Below, piece after piece: positions 63,898 to 64,000 of a DNA stretch of 64,000 bases. The notes under the pieces are model-generated. The model had not been told where the DNA came from, did not search any database, and was given only the letters and a program-made list of their open reading frames with translations. The DNA is from Octopus sinensis (taxonomy: Eukaryota): contig NC_043021.1 in NCBI RefSeq assembly GCF_006345805.1, positions 9,920,001 to 9,984,000 of the forward strand. The letters are read 5' to 3'. The translations under genes were made by a program, and so were the position numbers. Position 1 is the first letter of the stretch. Every line of letters starts with the position of its first letter.

Positions 63898-64000
63898 GTA
63901 AGTAAACATTTTTAACTCTGAATTGGTTCAGGATTTTTATTAATTGTTTGGAAAGAAGTTTGTTTCCTCTCACCTTTCATTTTGAGATATTGATTTACCT

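Noticed and set aside
63500-63901. 133-aa ORF ending in SF1 QUA2 sequence
   Set aside because: A family-C repeat read through intron 6 into exon 7. The same pseudo-peptide appears at 1776-2225 and 22735-22935.

Overview
AT-rich, microsatellite- and SINE-dense eukaryotic DNA. The repeat landscape points to a coleoid cephalopod, most likely Octopus (inference). It contains the 5' part of one plus-strand gene, splicing factor 1 / branch-point binding protein (SF1). Seven exons (11493-63897) splice in frame into [28 protein letters not shown]...RSPSPEP...[12 protein letters not shown]...[18 protein letters not shown] (ULM, SPSP, KH-QUA2); the gene continues past the window. Introns are 14.7, 4.9, 30.3, 0.8, 0.3 and 0.6 kb. 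They and the upstream region are filled with tRNA-derived SINEs, decayed RTE and CR1 LINEs, piggyBac-, hAT- and mariner-type MITEs, a Helitron-like element and Penelope-like remnants. Most notable: (1) six minimal type I hammerhead-ribozyme motifs in Penelope-like fragments; two antisense copies have an intact core, while the sense copies inside SF1 introns are core-mutated; (2) an all-frames-closed alternative 3' splice site 40 nt upstream of exon 2 with a near-perfect SF1 binding site, plus further cryptic acceptors after exon 3, suggesting AS-NMD autoregulation; (3) repeated nesting of piggyBac-type MITEs inside each other. Apart from the SF1 exons and one decayed RTE RT fragment, the ORF-track entries are repeat artefacts. 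Everything was read by eye; no database searches were run, and repeat boundaries are approximate.
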